The position numbers and the translations under genes were made by a program. The notes under the pieces were generated by a model that saw only the letters and a list, made by a program, of their open reading frames with translations, had not been told where the DNA came from and did no database searches. A DNA stretch of 64,000 nucleotides. Source: the human T2T-CHM13v2.0 reference genome, Homo sapiens. Positions 1 through 13,971 of the stretch are shown here, piece by piece (the stretch's first letter is position 1; every line of letters begins with the position of its first letter). The stretch lies in assembly GCF_009914755.1 (NCBI RefSeq), contig NC_060939.1. One strand, 5' to 3'.

Positions 1-122
1 GCTGAGGCAGGAGAATTGCTTGAACCTGGGAGGCATAGGTTGCAGTGAGCCGAGATGGCGCCACTCTACTCCAGCCTGGGCGACAGAGTAAGACTGTCTG
101 AAAAAAAAAAAAAAAAAAAAAA
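1..122 (+). mobile_element. Alu (S-type) right-arm 3' end with poly(A), cut by window edge
   Basis: gctgaggcaggagaattgcttgaacctgggagg...ctccagcctgggcgacagag followed by A-tract 101-122. Confidence 0.95.
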
Positions 123-706
123 TTACAACTATTGTTCTTCCAGGGAATTAGGCTGGGCCTAAAAGAGGCATGCCATTGGCTGGGTAAAACGCAGGTCAAC
201 TGGAACCTTATCTCATGCACTTAGCTGGCTCTCAACTTCAAGACTGTGAGGCCTCCTTGCCATACTTGGGATGTAAGAAGGGCAAGCAGAAGATGGTTTG
301 GGGGACTTCATGCCCCCGATTGTTTTAAATCCTCACCTTCCATTTGATGTTTTAAAAAATTGCTTTTGCACCAACCTAATATTTTAGTTAATATGATCAA
401 TGACCATGAAGCTGCTCTGCCGGCAAGCCTGAGGCCACATTGGGGATTTCAGCACAGTGATGGAAGGTAGACAGCTCAGTTATCTGTGGTGATTAGAGAC
501 CAGGAGGGGAGGGACACGGAGCTCTCCAGAGGCAGAATGTTCAGATAACAGCAGGCAGGATCTGAAGGAAGAGTGAAAGGAGGGCTTGCCAGAGGAGTGG
601 ACACATGCAGGCAGAACATGGAGGCATTCTGAATATTCCCCCTCCTGCATGCCATATACTGGCCAGATGTACTGCCAGGTGAATAAGGCACAGGAGTGAT
701 ATAGAT

Positions 707-910
707 GAGCGTGGTCCAATAGAACTCTCTGTGATGATGGAACTGTTCTTTATATGGTCCAATACGGTGGCCACTACCACATACAGCTATTGAGCCTTGA
801 AATGTGGCTTGTGTGACTGGGAAACTGAATTTTTGCCTAATTTTAATTAACTGACATTTAAAACGTAAACAGCCACATATAACTACTGGCTCCTGGATTA
901 GATGGCACAG
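707..910. mobile_element. MER3-like hAT-Charlie DNA transposon fossil
   Basis: tccaatagaactctctgtgatgatggaa...ttgaaatgtggct...aactgaatttt...agccacat matches recalled MER3 consensus. Confidence 0.8.
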
Positions 911-1387
911 GAGAGGAAACTGACCTAAGAGTTTGATGGAAGGAAAAAGGTTGGGAAAGTTCTGGAACATAAGCCACTGTCTATAGGGGGTCAGCCTTGA
1001 TCAGGCACCACCGTGAGGGTTTTCTAAGCAGCTCTGGGCATCTGAGGCCAGGAGGGGAAATTCCAAAGGAAGGAAGGTGACTAAGAAGCGTGACAGCCTT
1101 GCCAGCCCAAGTTTGTCCAGAAACAACCCTCTTCATTTAGCATCTGGAATTTGACCAGGCAGATGTAGTTCCAGGGTATGAAACTGACCTCCAAACTCTG
1201 TGCAAGCTCTGGGAGGCACATTGCTGTGCAGGAAGCAATGCGACGTGACAGTGAGCACTCTTCAATGTCAGGCCCATTCTGTCTATATCATGCGGTCCCA
1301 CAAGCTGGGAGAATTGCTGCTCACTCCGTTGTTTCCCTTGGTCCCTGCATGTACCTCTCAGAGAGCACCCACTCTGTGATTTCAACC

Positions 1388-1444
1388 CCTTCCTCCCTCC
1401 CTCCCTCCTTCCTTCCTTCCTTCCTTTTTTTCTTTCTTTTTTTT
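1388..1444. repeat. (CCCT)n/(CCTT)n/T-rich pyrimidine simple repeat
   Basis: tcctccctccctccctccttccttccttccttcctttttttctttc. Confidence 0.85.
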
Positions 1445-2027
1445 AAAAAAAGTTTTGATGCAATGAAATAGAATTGATGCACAGGTCCTAAGTTTGGGCT
1501 GTGGGTTCTACATCCCAGCAACTGCCTCTGTCAATTGATGTGTCTGTCATCTTTGCCTAAGATTTGTGACTGTAGCTATAGGAGCCGTTTTTGTTGTTGT
1601 TGTTTTCTTCTTAGACCTATACAGGGTGTAATCTGTAGGGCATCATTGAAATCAACTTGTCCAAATCCTATATGTTACATACGGAAGGACAGAAAACCCA
1701 GAGAACTAAGAAGCTCACCGCAGCTCACCTGCCCCTGAATTAGTGGAAGGTAAGGAATTAGAACCTGCAGATGACACACCCAACCCTCCCTATCCAGGAA
1801 CCACCCCTTCTTGCCTAGAATGAATCCTCCATTTTTGTCAGCCCCTCACGTGTTTCCACTGCAAAGGTGTTCTTCACCCTGCCTTCAGGGACGCAGCATA
1901 AATCCTTAGATTTCCTCACATTGTCTTCCCTCTTCATTCACCCCGCTGGGCTCCAGTGGAAATTAGGCCAAAGAAGAACCACCTTCCACTCCTGCCCTAC
2001 CTCACTCTCTCCTACAACACTGATATC

Positions 2028-2205
2028 TAGGATAGTCCTCTCAATCTTTAATGTGCATAAGAATCTCCCTGGGATCTTGTTAAAATGCAGACGCAGACAG
2101 TAGGTCTGGCTTGAGGCCTGACATTCTGCACTTCTAACAAGACCCCAGGTGATGCTGAGGCTGCTTTGAGGAGCAAGTCTCACGCTTTGGTCCTAAGGGC
2201 TAGAG
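2028..2205. mobile_element. MER5A-like hAT-Charlie MITE
   Basis: gaatctccctgggatcttgttaaaatgcaga...agtaggtctgg...ttctgcacttctaacaag...ccccaggtgatgctga. Confidence 0.8.
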
Positions 2206-2214
2206 CTGAAAGGA

Positions 2215-2680
2215 GCTGCCAGAGGTCAGGTGCTCCAGAAGTAGAGCTAAGCCGGCGATTCCTATAGACGGGGCCCCAGAGAAACCAGTAAGATAGTCGA
2301 GGAAGTAGAATGAGGTAGAAAGGAAGCTAAGCAAAGAGCTGGCTTCAGCTAAAATCTAACCTCAGCCTGATCCACAGGTTGCTCTGGGACATAAGTGACA
2401 CCACAAAGCTGTTCCAGTGTCAGCTGAGGCAAAGGAGCTAGGTTTTTGCTTCCAGCATCAGGCAGTCATTAGCTGTGAGCTGCCCCTGGGAGAAGGACAT
2501 TGCCATCCCTGGATAACCTCCAGGCATTTTCAGGGTTGGCAGCTCCCACTTGGTAAAGGGCAAGCCTCCAGAGAAGTAAACAAGCATGAGCCAACAGTAT
2601 GCAACACTCACAGCAGCTGGGGGCAGGTGCCCCCGCGGTAAAGAGGATCCAAGCAGGCCCCCAGCAGAATCTAGCATGAG
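2215..2680 (-). mobile_element. LTR16-like ERVL LTR relic
   Basis: cagcctgatccacagg..gctctgg, cagtcattagctgtgagctgcccc, caacactcacagcagctgggg resemble LTR16 family; degraded. Confidence 0.5.
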
Positions 2681-2869
2681 GGCCTAAAACTCTTGCAGGC
2701 CATCTGCCCAGCCCCACTTTTGCATAGCAGAGATTTTAACTTTGAAAGCTATGCATATGTACATGAAAAAACAGAATTAGAAACACCAACACAAAACTTT
2801 ACAACGGTGATCTCAGCTTGACTTTCTTGTCTTTTTCCACAACTTTCAAATTTGCTACAATTAACATAC

Positions 2870-3185
<316 letters not shown>

Positions 3186-4029
3186 TAAATTCACTGATAG
3201 CCCAGCTCAGAATCTTAGAAATATTTTTATTTAGTAACTTTTTATTGAATGCCTGTTATTACCATTTACAGTCCTATGTGATTCCAATCAACCTTCACAG
3301 TGCAATACTAATGACAGGGCACACATCTGAAATGCAATTGGTAGCAAAGAGAAATTATAGACTGTTTAGTATGGTTTTAAGTTTGAATCTATTTTTTTTC
3401 CAAGTCTTTGAAAATTGCTTATCTACATAGCCCTTTAACTGGAACAGCCCATTCATCAACCCCTGGTTTAGTGATGTGAAATGCCAAGACACAGGTCTTG
3501 GCAAAAGGGCTAACAGAACTCAGGCCCCTGACTCCTGTTGGTTCTCAAAGACCACACAGCCTGTTGGTGCCCCATGAGCAATTTCTATGGACTTCCTTCT
3601 TTGTTTGCCCTGCCTAATTAAGCAATCAAGTTAATTGAGATTAATGGCTTGCTTAATAGGGATTAATAACTTGCCAAAAATGCCCCAGGTTTGGGAACTT
3701 ACAGCAGTAGTACTGCTCGTTGTAAAAGCTGGAGATGTGGTGGCCAAGCAGAGCCCAGACCCTCCGGCCTCTCTGCTCACTTCTCAGAGGGTGCCTCAGG
3801 CCTTCAGGAAGAGATGGGATACTGGGGGGAGAGGGGGATGGGGGAGGTAAAGCTGCCACATTAGATTGACCTTCAGAGGCCCTACAGCTCCTGCTCAGGC
3901 CACAGAGGCCTCCATTGCTGAGCCAGGCACCAAACCCAGTGCACGGGCATAGTCCCAGCTTGGTAGGCCTGGGCTCCTGGGCTCCTGGCGAGCCCTAAGG
4001 TGCCTTCCAGTTCCAACAGTCCCTGGGTC

Positions 4030-4562
<533 letters not shown>

Positions 4563-5579
4563 GAAAGTGGAAGGAAAGAAAGAACGGAAGGAGGGAAGAA
4601 TGGAACCAGAGCCACTGATACCAAGGGGTTTCTCAGATTGAGGGGAAGAGGGAGGGGAAGAGGGAGGGGAAACAGGACAAGGGCAGAAGGAAGGAAGACA
4701 GTCCACACCAAATGGCAGCTGCCTCTCTCCTGCTGTCTGTAGGCTACGGAAGGTCGTGGTTGTTTCTTCTCATTCCCAGTGGAGAAAGAATCAATGGCTT
4801 GAATTTTCTGCCCAAGGAGTCGTTTTTTATCTTGGCTGATGCCCTTGAGTCTCTCAGTAGAGCCTCACAGAGGTGGGGACATTTGTCTCCTGCAGACTGC
4901 AGCCGGCCTGCACACCTTGATGCACACCTGGAAGGCTACCCCTTTGGCTTGGGGCCTCCCCTCCCCAGGTGGAGGGTTCTCTCCCTTCCCTTCCCTTCCC
5001 TCAGCTGCTCAGCCTGCAGGTCTGAAGTGGGCACAAGGGCCAGAGCCCAGCGGGTGCTGGACGGGCCAGCCTCGTGATGCCTCCGGTTTTACAAGACACT
5101 GGCCTTCTCCTCCTCTTCCCTCCCCACAGACGTCAAAGGCTTCACAAAACAAACACGTAGCTCTGGGGTCAGAGACCTCTGGCAAGAAGTTCTGGGCCCT
5201 CCTAGGTTGGGGACTGTGCTTGCAGGATTGAGCAGAACGGGGAAGGCCAGCTAGATCGCCACTGGAAAGAGCAAAGAGCTATCCACAAAGGGAAAGGGGA
5301 GAAGGGAGAGACGTTCCCAGAGAGTGTGGGGGGATTTTGAGAGGGGGCAATGGCAGATCTTGGAGCAGCTGCCCTACTCGGATGTTGGGGAGTGGGAGCA
5401 GCTACATGGTGGCACAGAATTCTAAACATTTTGCTATGCTTGATGGATATATATAATCCCCTTAGATGTTTTTCAAAAGACAACAAACTATTCAAATTGC
5501 TTTTCAATTATGTTTGGATGTAGCTCTGCTGTTACTTCTGAATGCAACACCTTGTGAATGAAAGCTACAGTGCAAACCC

Positions 5580-5706
5580 AGAGGCCTCGATTTATCTGAG
5601 ACAAGATTATCTACTGCCAAGGCGCACGGGAGGATTGAATTGATGATGTACCTGCAAACGCCCAGTGGCACGATGCCTGGCACAAGACGGGCAGGTGTTC
5701 ACTAAG
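5580..5706 (+). mobile_element. MIR fragment
   Basis: gggaggattgaattgatgatgta...gcacgatgcctggcaca resembles the MIR 3' half. Confidence 0.55.
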
Positions 5707-6539
5707 TCCAGGATCTCACCACCTCCTCCCACCTCCATCCTTCCATCCACTGACCCCAGAGAGCCATGCTTTAGCCTAACTGAACAGCACAGGGCATGTC
5801 TGTTTAAGGGGTAACTCTCACAGTGGGCATTTCAGGCCCTGGAAGCTGCTGGAGGTTTTGTGGGCAGCTGCCTCCTCCTAGAAAATGGCTTTGCTGTCAG
5901 TTCTGACCTGGTGTGGGGAGTACACTCACACCTATCAGACATCTTAGCAGAGGCTAAGGAGCAATTTACTCTGGGCGCCAACATTCCCTGGCAAGGTCAG
6001 ATTCCTGATGCCCTTTTGGGGGTGTGGTCCTGCCGGTGACCTCTGTAGCTGTCCATCCTTCACCCCACACCCCGGTCCCTCACTGCTCTGGCTTTCCTAC
6101 CAGGACTAGCTCTGGCCGAGCCCACAGGACTGGTGTTGCAGGGAGGAAGTGGTGAGCTACCAGGAGACACTCCAGAAACGGTGTCTGTAATTGGCCTGGA
6201 GAGAGTGGCTGTCCAGATGCAGGCAATTTTGACTTTGATGTGAGCAGAATTACAAAGAATCATAAAAAGAGCCTATGATTTGGGCTGAAACCGTGCCACG
6301 GCAGTTGAGTCCCAGCCCTGCACACAGCTGCCTTCCCCTTCTGCCTGGAAGTCAGCCCTCCTGGCAGCCGCCCTCTGCCCTCTGCCTGGCCAGCCCCTGC
6401 TCCTGTTCACAGTTGCACTCAATGCCCCTTCTCCAGGAGTTGGGGCCCCGACTTGTCCTTGCTTACAGCACCCATCCCCTCCCTCAACGCACCTACCCCC
6501 CTTTCAGTTAAATTGCTTCGGGTGACTCCTCCCCTCCCT

Positions 6540-6680
6540 TGGTCCCCATCAGACTGAAGAGCACAAAGGCAGGGGCTGCAGCTGTCGTGTGGTGTTCACC
6601 CCAGTGTTCCAGAGCTGGCCGGGGCCGGCACGTGGTGAGCCCTCGGAGCACCTGTGTTACATGGATGAATGAAGGAAGGA
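6540..6680 (+). mobile_element. L2 3' end
   Basis: agactgaagagcacaaaggcagggg...gttcacccc...ggcacgtggt...tgaatgaa tail. Confidence 0.65.
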
Positions 6681-6748
6681 AAAACGGCTGGTTTTTTAGT
6701 GGGGCTTCTTGTATAACACCAGGAATCTAGGTGTGGGAAACCTCCTTA

Positions 6749-6880
6749 CCAGAGGAGGATCCAATTTTCGTGAACCCCGAACCTGATTAATTTGGGGGCC
6801 CCTTTGAAGAAAAAACTTTAAAAAATAATAATTATACCATAAATTTTACAAAAACCCATGACATCGAAGGACGTATCTAG
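6749..6880. mobile_element. MER45-like hAT-Tip100 fragment
   Basis: cagaggaggatccaattttcgtg...aatttgggggcccctttgaagaaaaa. Confidence 0.6.
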
Positions 6881-7269
6881 GCCACTTCCAGGACTTAAAG
6901 TAAGACACTGTACAGTGTATGTGTCATTACTCCATCCTCAGGCTCCAGGTGAGGGCAGCCCAGCATGACTCTCAGGACGCTTCTGCCAATGGCACTGCTT
7001 TAGAGCGAAAGGCACCAGCAAAGAGAACTCCTAACCCACAAGCTCTCTCCCCTCTACCTTCCCTTTCCTGAGCCACGGCCCAGTCAGTTAATCTGGGCTC
7101 TGAAGGGTGACAGGTTTGGGGATAAAAGACAAAAACCCATGGAGTCATGGGGCCCTAAGAGTCCCGCCAAACCTCATCTACCTATGGTCACTGCTGCCTG
7201 ACATCCATTATGAGGAACAGTGATTTCTGCACAGGCCTTAGGCCTAGCTCAGGGCTCAGCTCAGTGCTT

Positions 7270-7620
7270 AGAGCTCTCCTCTGCAGATCTCTGGAGCAAT
7301 CTTTCTCTTTCTCTGGGCAGCTCTTTCCCCTCTAGTGCTCTGCCCTGTGAATTCTAGCCACCTTGACCTCCCTGAATTCTCAATGCCATTTTCTCAATTC
7401 AGGGAGCCCCCAGCTCTGTTTGGATTCCCCCACTGCACTGTGGCCTGCACACTCCCTCCAGACAGCAAGCTGGGATGCCTCGTTTGTGTCCCTTCTCATG
7501 GTTCGCTGTCCTGAGCCTGTTATTTTTAATATTTTACCTGTTTTTTTTTTCTTAGTTCTTTAAGGTGGGAGAGGGTAATTCGGTTACTGTTGTTCCATTT
7601 TGGCCGATAGTAGACATCTA
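7270..7620 (-). mobile_element. Old L1M (L1MC4/L1ME-type) 5' end
   Basis: ctctgccctgtgaattctagccacctt...gcaagctggg...gggagagggtaa...tgttgttccattttggcc typical antisense L1M 5' UTR. Confidence 0.6.
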
Positions 7621-7684
7621 GTTCACCCATATTCAGGAAATTGTCTGCCAAATACAGGTCTAGAGAACAGAGTTTGAATGTCAG

Positions 7685-8140
7685 TCATTCTTTTGATTAA
7701 AAGTGGTGTTTCAAAGAGAAGCGGCTAGTTCAGTTTTCACACCTTGAACAATCACACACGTGCTTTTGCTCCAGAGCACCGCTGCAGCTCGCCACGATGC
7801 TTTCTGCATTGGTCCCTTCCGTCACATGGTGGTAGCAAGACTCCTGCTCCAGGACTGAGATTCCACACAATTATTTTAGCATTTCATCAAGGACATTCTT
7901 AACCCATTGCCTTTTTTTTTTTTTTTATCTTGTGAGTGCATAGCAGCGGAGAAGAACAAGACCGCTAGTACCTTTGAGGGCTGTCTTTGATTCATGCTAA
8001 GGCACCAGCCGTTTTATACTCCCCTTTTTTGCTTTTGCACCATTGGAGTGCAAGTGTCCATGCAGCACGGTATTGTTATGAAAATAGTTTTGACCTCTCA
8101 ACCCTCTGAGTCTCAGGGCTGCCCAAGGGTTTGTGGAACA
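7685..8140. mobile_element. Charlie1-family hAT transposon fragment
   Basis: aagcggctagttcag...catcaaggacattcttaa...ttgattcatgctaaggcaccagc...ttatgaaaatagttttgacct. Confidence 0.75.
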
Positions 8141-8190
8141 GAAGGTGAGTGCCACTCAGTTGAGCTACCTTGAGTAACCCCCAGACTGCT

Positions 8191-8255
8191 GGCGATCTTC
8201 CTGCCTTGGCCTCCCAAAGCAATAGGATTATAGGCGTGAGCTGCCATGCCCAGCC
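8191..8255 (-). mobile_element. Isolated Alu left-arm 5' fragment (~65 bp)
   Basis: gatcttcctgccttggcctcccaaag..ggattataggcgtgagc..ccatgcccagcc; no tail. Confidence 0.85.
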
Positions 8256-8745
8256 CCTCTGTGTCATCCTTAATGCGCAACAGCTGGGTCCTGTGTACCG
8301 AGGCAGGGCCTGTCTTTGGGAAAACAACTCAAAATTACCCCATTCTTTTATGTGTGTGTGGTTTTTTTTCTTTGTTTATTGGGTTTTTTAAAAATTACTA
8401 AGTAATTCATTCTGGGAAGTAATAAATGCATTTATTTTCTTCTCTGCATTTTAATTTCCTTTCTGGATTCAAAAAAATAAAAAAAATTTAAAGTATGTGC
8501 TGAGAGCTAGTAACTATTTTCCCACTCTTACTGGAGAAAGAATAATCCCATGCAAACTTGTACACATATCAGGTCCTTTTTGGAATGGAGCCGTGTGTAC
8601 ATGGAATGAATGAATAAATCCAGACTCTCATTTAATTAATGCCCCAGAAGCTACTAAGAGTACTTGCAAAGAGTTCTTTATCATAGTTGAGCTGAGAGGG
8701 GTAGTGGGGACAGGTGTGGCTACTGTATCCCCATTTCAAAGATGA

Positions 8746-9210
<465 letters not shown>

Positions 9211-9309
9211 TACATTTTTCTGTTAGTGACATGGATGTTCCCTGGAGCCACTGGAAGGAAAAGCACTATCCCAGCCTCCTTGTACTCCCACATAGCAGTG
9301 CTGAGGTTG

Positions 9310-9560
9310 GCGTGATGCAGGCTAAGAAAGTGGGTGCTTCCATCACATAGACCTAGATTTAAATTCAGCCTCCACCACTTCCTCGCTGAGTGCCCTTGAG
9401 AAAGTTACTTAACCTCTTTGTGCCTTAATTGCTCTCCTAGAAAAGGTACAATAATAGTACCTTGCTCACTGGGATGTTATGAGAATTATATACGATAATG
9501 TAGGTAAAGTGCATAGCTTGGTGCCTGCACACTAAACTCGGGGCTAAGTTATTATTATTG
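9310..9560 (+). mobile_element. MIR, near full length
   Basis: agacctagatttaaattcagcctccaccactt...aagttacttaacctct..tgcct...ataatagtacc...gtaaagtgc...ttattattatt. Confidence 0.8.
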
Positions 9561-9600
9561 TTAATAATAATGGTATCAGGCTTCTGGTAATTCTCTAGAA

Positions 9601-9817
9601 CAGTGGTCAGGAAATTGCTGCTGTATACCAAATCCAGCCCTTGGTCTGCTTTTATATGGCCACTGAGCTAAGAGTTGTTGTTATATATTTTTAAAATTTA
9701 TTTATTTATTTTGGTTGTTACATTTTTAAAGGGTTGTAAAAAGAAGGAGAAGGAGGAGGACAGGGAAAGACCATATGTACTATCTAGACCTTTATAGAAA
9801 AAGTTTGCCAGCCTTTG
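9601..9817. mobile_element. MER58-family hAT MITE with intact 8-bp TSD
   Basis: cagtggtcagga...ccaaatccagccc...gagctaaga...aaaaagtttgccagcctttg; ctctagaa at 9593-9600 and 9818-9825. Confidence 0.8.
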
Positions 9818-10689
9818 CTCTAGAAGCCCAAAATGAGGAGTGTCACAGGTTACTGACACTCCACCAATATCCTCTCAAATTCACCTAAGTGTGATGTTTC
9901 CATGAAAGAACAAACAATTAAATCAACGTGGGTACCTCCGCTGGGCAACTTTCACTAAATGCGCAGGTCTAGGTGGTCTTTCCCTCTGTGAGCTTCTCCA
10001 GCTTGTGCTATCCTGGGCACTTTCTCCTTTCCCCCAAAACAGACATTGCCCCCTGTGGACAGGGACCATCTCTTAGACCTCTGTGCCCTTGCCGCATAGG
10101 TGCTCAAAGACTCTGTATAGAATAGTCAGATTGATGATTTAGCAACCACTCAAAGTCTGCCTACTTTTCTGATCCTCCTGAATATTTAAAATCTCTGTGT
10201 GTGGCAGGCAAACAGCAATTAGATCCAAGTGTTGATTTGTGGGGCCTTGAAGGTGGTGCGTCAGTACCACATGCTTTGCTGGTCTCTAAGGAATGCTTGT
10301 GCCCAACCCCTACAGAACAGCTGATGCCCTGAACTGACTTTACCCTGGGATATCCCCATGGCCCAGCCTGCCTCTGAGCACCTTCCCTGTTCATCAGAAA
10401 CAGACCTGGATGGCAGCCCTTCCAAAAAGTGGGGGAAAGCTGGGGTGTCCTGGAGGGGAAACAACCAAGGGAAATCTGGACCATGGAAGGCAGCAAGTGC
10501 TTAGACACCTGCTGTCCCTGATTGTCACTGTGAATGGATGACCATGGGTTGAGGGCTTTCAACTCAATCCAGAATCAGTGAGTGGCCACTGGTTCTGCAA
10601 ACACAGGCAAAATCATGATAAATGATTTATTAATATGACATTATAATACATGACAAAGTGATAAGACCTGTTTCTAGGCTTGGTGGCCA

Positions 10690-10895
10690 TCATGTGTGTG
10701 TCCAGCACTGAGCTGCAAGCGCATCACGTGCATTACTTCATTCAGTCCTCACAACTGCTCTTAGAAGCATTTATTGCTGATTTACAGGCTAGAAAACTGA
10801 GGCTCAGAGAATTCCTCCGGCTTATGGCTACATAGCTGATTCAAGGCAGAGGCAGAATTTGCAACCAAGTCTGTATGACCTCAAAGCTGGTTCTG
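10690..10895 (-). mobile_element. MIR
   Basis: tcctcacaac...tttacag...aaactgaggctcagaga...ggcagaggcagaatttg.aaccaagtctg. Confidence 0.75.
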
Positions 10896-11767
10896 AGATC
10901 ACCTGTGTAGGAGACACCTTGCTAAGTGCTGAGGAGGCCTGAGAAGAGATGGAGGCCCCACCCAGAATAGCTTACACTGGGTCACAAAGACAAGGTGCAC
11001 AGGGAGCCACAGGTCAGGGTAGCCCTGTCCCCAGGGAGGAGGTGGGCCTGACTCTCTGCAGGTCTGCAGGCCAGCCAGTCCTGCTGGGGAGGGGCCCAGA
11101 GCAGGAAAGCAGGCAGTATAACCTGAACTCACCCTGAACCTAGGCTGCTCAGACCTGGGCTGGCGCCAGAAATGAACCCCTTTCCCCAGGCCAGCTAGAG
11201 TGGTGTTGAAAGGGCTTGGCCCATGGCTCGGGGCTCAGGCTCAATCTACCTCTCTGGTTTTGTAACAGTGAACTTCTTTGCTGCCCTAGCCTCTCCTAAA
11301 CCTCCCTTATCCCTGCCCAGCTGTCCGTACAAGGGCCCCTGCCTTGTTAGGTGTGCAAGGCCCTTCCTCCCACCTTACCCAATTATCTCCTACTGAAAGA
11401 CACAGCAACCCAGGCATGACAGCCCAGAACCAATGCATGTGGCATTGGCCCAGGGATCCCTTCCTACTGTTCCTGGGCCTGAACACTGAAAAGTAAAAGA
11501 AAAAGCAATCCATAAACATCCCCTGGAGAGCAAGAGAGAAAATGATTTATCTTCCAATCCTTGCCCAGTGGCAATTATCATATTATTGTTGCCATTATCA
11601 CTGGCTATCTTTGAGGTCCCCCAAGCTTTATTGAAGGGCTTTCCTCCACCTTTCCTGACTCCATTCCCTTCTACCTTTCTCTGTGGCAGGGCCTCTCTGG
11701 ATCTACCACTCCCTCCCTGCTTGTCCTCCCCCCACTGCCCCAGGCCTCAAAAGATGTCTGCCCTTGA

Positions 11768-11977
<210 letters not shown>

Positions 11978-13139
11978 TAACAGATGGATAGGTCTGTGAG
12001 TTAACCAGATAAACAAGCCCGTGCTGACATGTGAGTGAAGCAGGCAGGTTTATGCGTGGCCTCTCACATGCGGTATTGGGGGAGATAAAGACCTTACTTC
12101 AATACATATTTATCAAACAACTACTTAGTGTAAGATATTGTGGGAGACTTCGTCAATGTCCCCCAAAACTGAGAAAGCTACTTGAGAAAGAGACTGGAAG
12201 AGGCACCCCTGGGCCTAGTTCTCATGCTGGTCTTTGACATTTTTCATGTCTCAGCCATTAGACCTAACTCTTTCCTAGCATCAGGTAAATAAAAGTAAAG
12301 GGATGACAGAGGTGAGAACAAAGAGAGTTTAAGATTTGCGTGAAAACAAAGCTGCAACACTGAGCTGTGGCTTTGCAATGCTTTCCTTTCCAGCATCAAG
12401 ACTTGTGGGGAGAGAGTGTGGAAGTGCTCAACTCTTAGTTACAGAGCCAGGGAAGACCAGGGAAGGATTATAGAGAGCCCAGCCAGACTCTGCCCACAGA
12501 TTCAGATGAGAGCCTGTACTTTGTTTTCTATAGTAGACAACTGGAAATGGGGTTGTAGGCCCACTCTCTTCTTAATCCCACAGGTCTCCCTGGAAAGCCA
12601 CGTGATCCAGAGCAGTTTCGAACCAGAGAAGAGAAAAGCCTGGAGAATTACACCAGTGTAACTAGAGATTCTTCTTATGCATCAATATGCGAAAATGTGA
12701 GCTCCCTTAGGAATGACTCGGTCCTGTGCCCCGATCAACTTTATCTTTTCGTTTCTGTGTGGCCACAGCAGGACTTGGTTTCCTGTCCTGGAAGAGGACT
12801 TCGAGCTCACTCTGCTTCCTACAGTCCCTCCCAGTCTCTCTCCTGAAATTTCTGGGAAGAGGCTCAGGGCAGAAGCCAGAGACACAGAAGATGTACTACA
12901 ATGTGGTTGGAGCCCAGAAACATACTGTGTGCATGAAGGTCCCTGAGGTCTGGTCTACGCAGTCAGTGTTCAGCCTCTGCATTCCCCAGTGGGCTCTGGG
13001 ATAGATACACCTCACCAAAGTGGGCTGCAGAAGGGCCACCAAGAAGAGTGGCCCCCTTATACTGCCACTTGCAGAACAGTAAGGTTCTTTTTTTCCCTCC
13101 CTTTTCTAAAAATCATTCTGCAATGAAAAACACTTTTTC

Positions 13140-13965
13140 CATTTTTTCCTAATTATGTAAATAATACATACGCTCTATATTTTTTAATATAAAAAGCTCA
13201 AGGGAAATAAAAATCACCTGAGATCCCATACACTGAGTTGTCACCATCAATAATTCAGTGACCATCATTTCATCTATGATTATATGCATCTACATACAGA
13301 CACACACATGCATAACATAAAAGGGATGTCACTCAAGTTGCTTAATCAGGGACACTTTAACAGTCTGTTGTGTTTGGGTTTGGTTTGACTTGGTCTGATC
13401 TGGACAGGACTAGTTGGTCTGGTCTGGTGTAGTTTTGTTTGGTCTGATCTGGTCTGCTCTGGTCAGGTCTAGTTTGATCTGGTCTGATCTCATTTGGTCT
13501 GGTCTGGTTTGGCTTGGTTGGCCTCACTTCCCCATCTCCCTCCTTGGCATGTATCCTCCAGTACCTTTCTTCATGCTCATTCAAACATGGGAGCATAGGT
13601 TATGTCACAAAAATGGGGCTTTGCTACACAAATTTCTCTGCACCTTACCTTCCTAATTTCACAATGCATCCTGGAAATCCCTTTGAGTCAGGTAGTATCG
13701 ATCTGACTCATTCTGTTTAATGACTGCCCAATATTCCATGGTATGCTTCCACTCTACTCATTCTGCCATTTGTCCACTGAGAGGCTGTCACCTGAGTTCC
13801 CATGTCTAGCCACTACACACATGTTTCAGCCAATGCCAGTGTGCTGCACACACCTCCAAGGACAGTATTCACATACCTGTGCTACCAACTCTAGAATATT
13901 TGGGTTTTCTAGATGCAATTATGGCATTGGCCAAAAGGGCAATTTTATCTCTTCTCTTCCAAAAT
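13140..13965 (-). mobile_element. L1ME-type 3' region relic, interrupted by a pentamer repeat
   Basis: aaaaatcacctgagatccca; catcctggaaatccctt...atctgactcattctgtttaatgactgc.caatattccatggtatg. Confidence 0.55.
13362..13521. repeat. Degenerate (GGTCT/GGTTT/GATCT)n pentanucleotide repeat, ~31 units
   Basis: ggtct ggtct ggtgt agttt tgttt ggtct gatct ggtct gctct ggtca ggtct agttt gatct. Confidence 0.9.
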
Positions 13966-13971
13966 TTTATA

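Noticed and set aside
3482-3503. 9-bp-arm hairpin tgccaagac-acag-gtcttggca
   Set aside because: A few such hairpins are expected by chance in 64 kb.
13357-13656. Repetitive peptide PDQTRPDQSRPDQTK
   Set aside because: Direct consequence of the GGTCT pentamer repeat.
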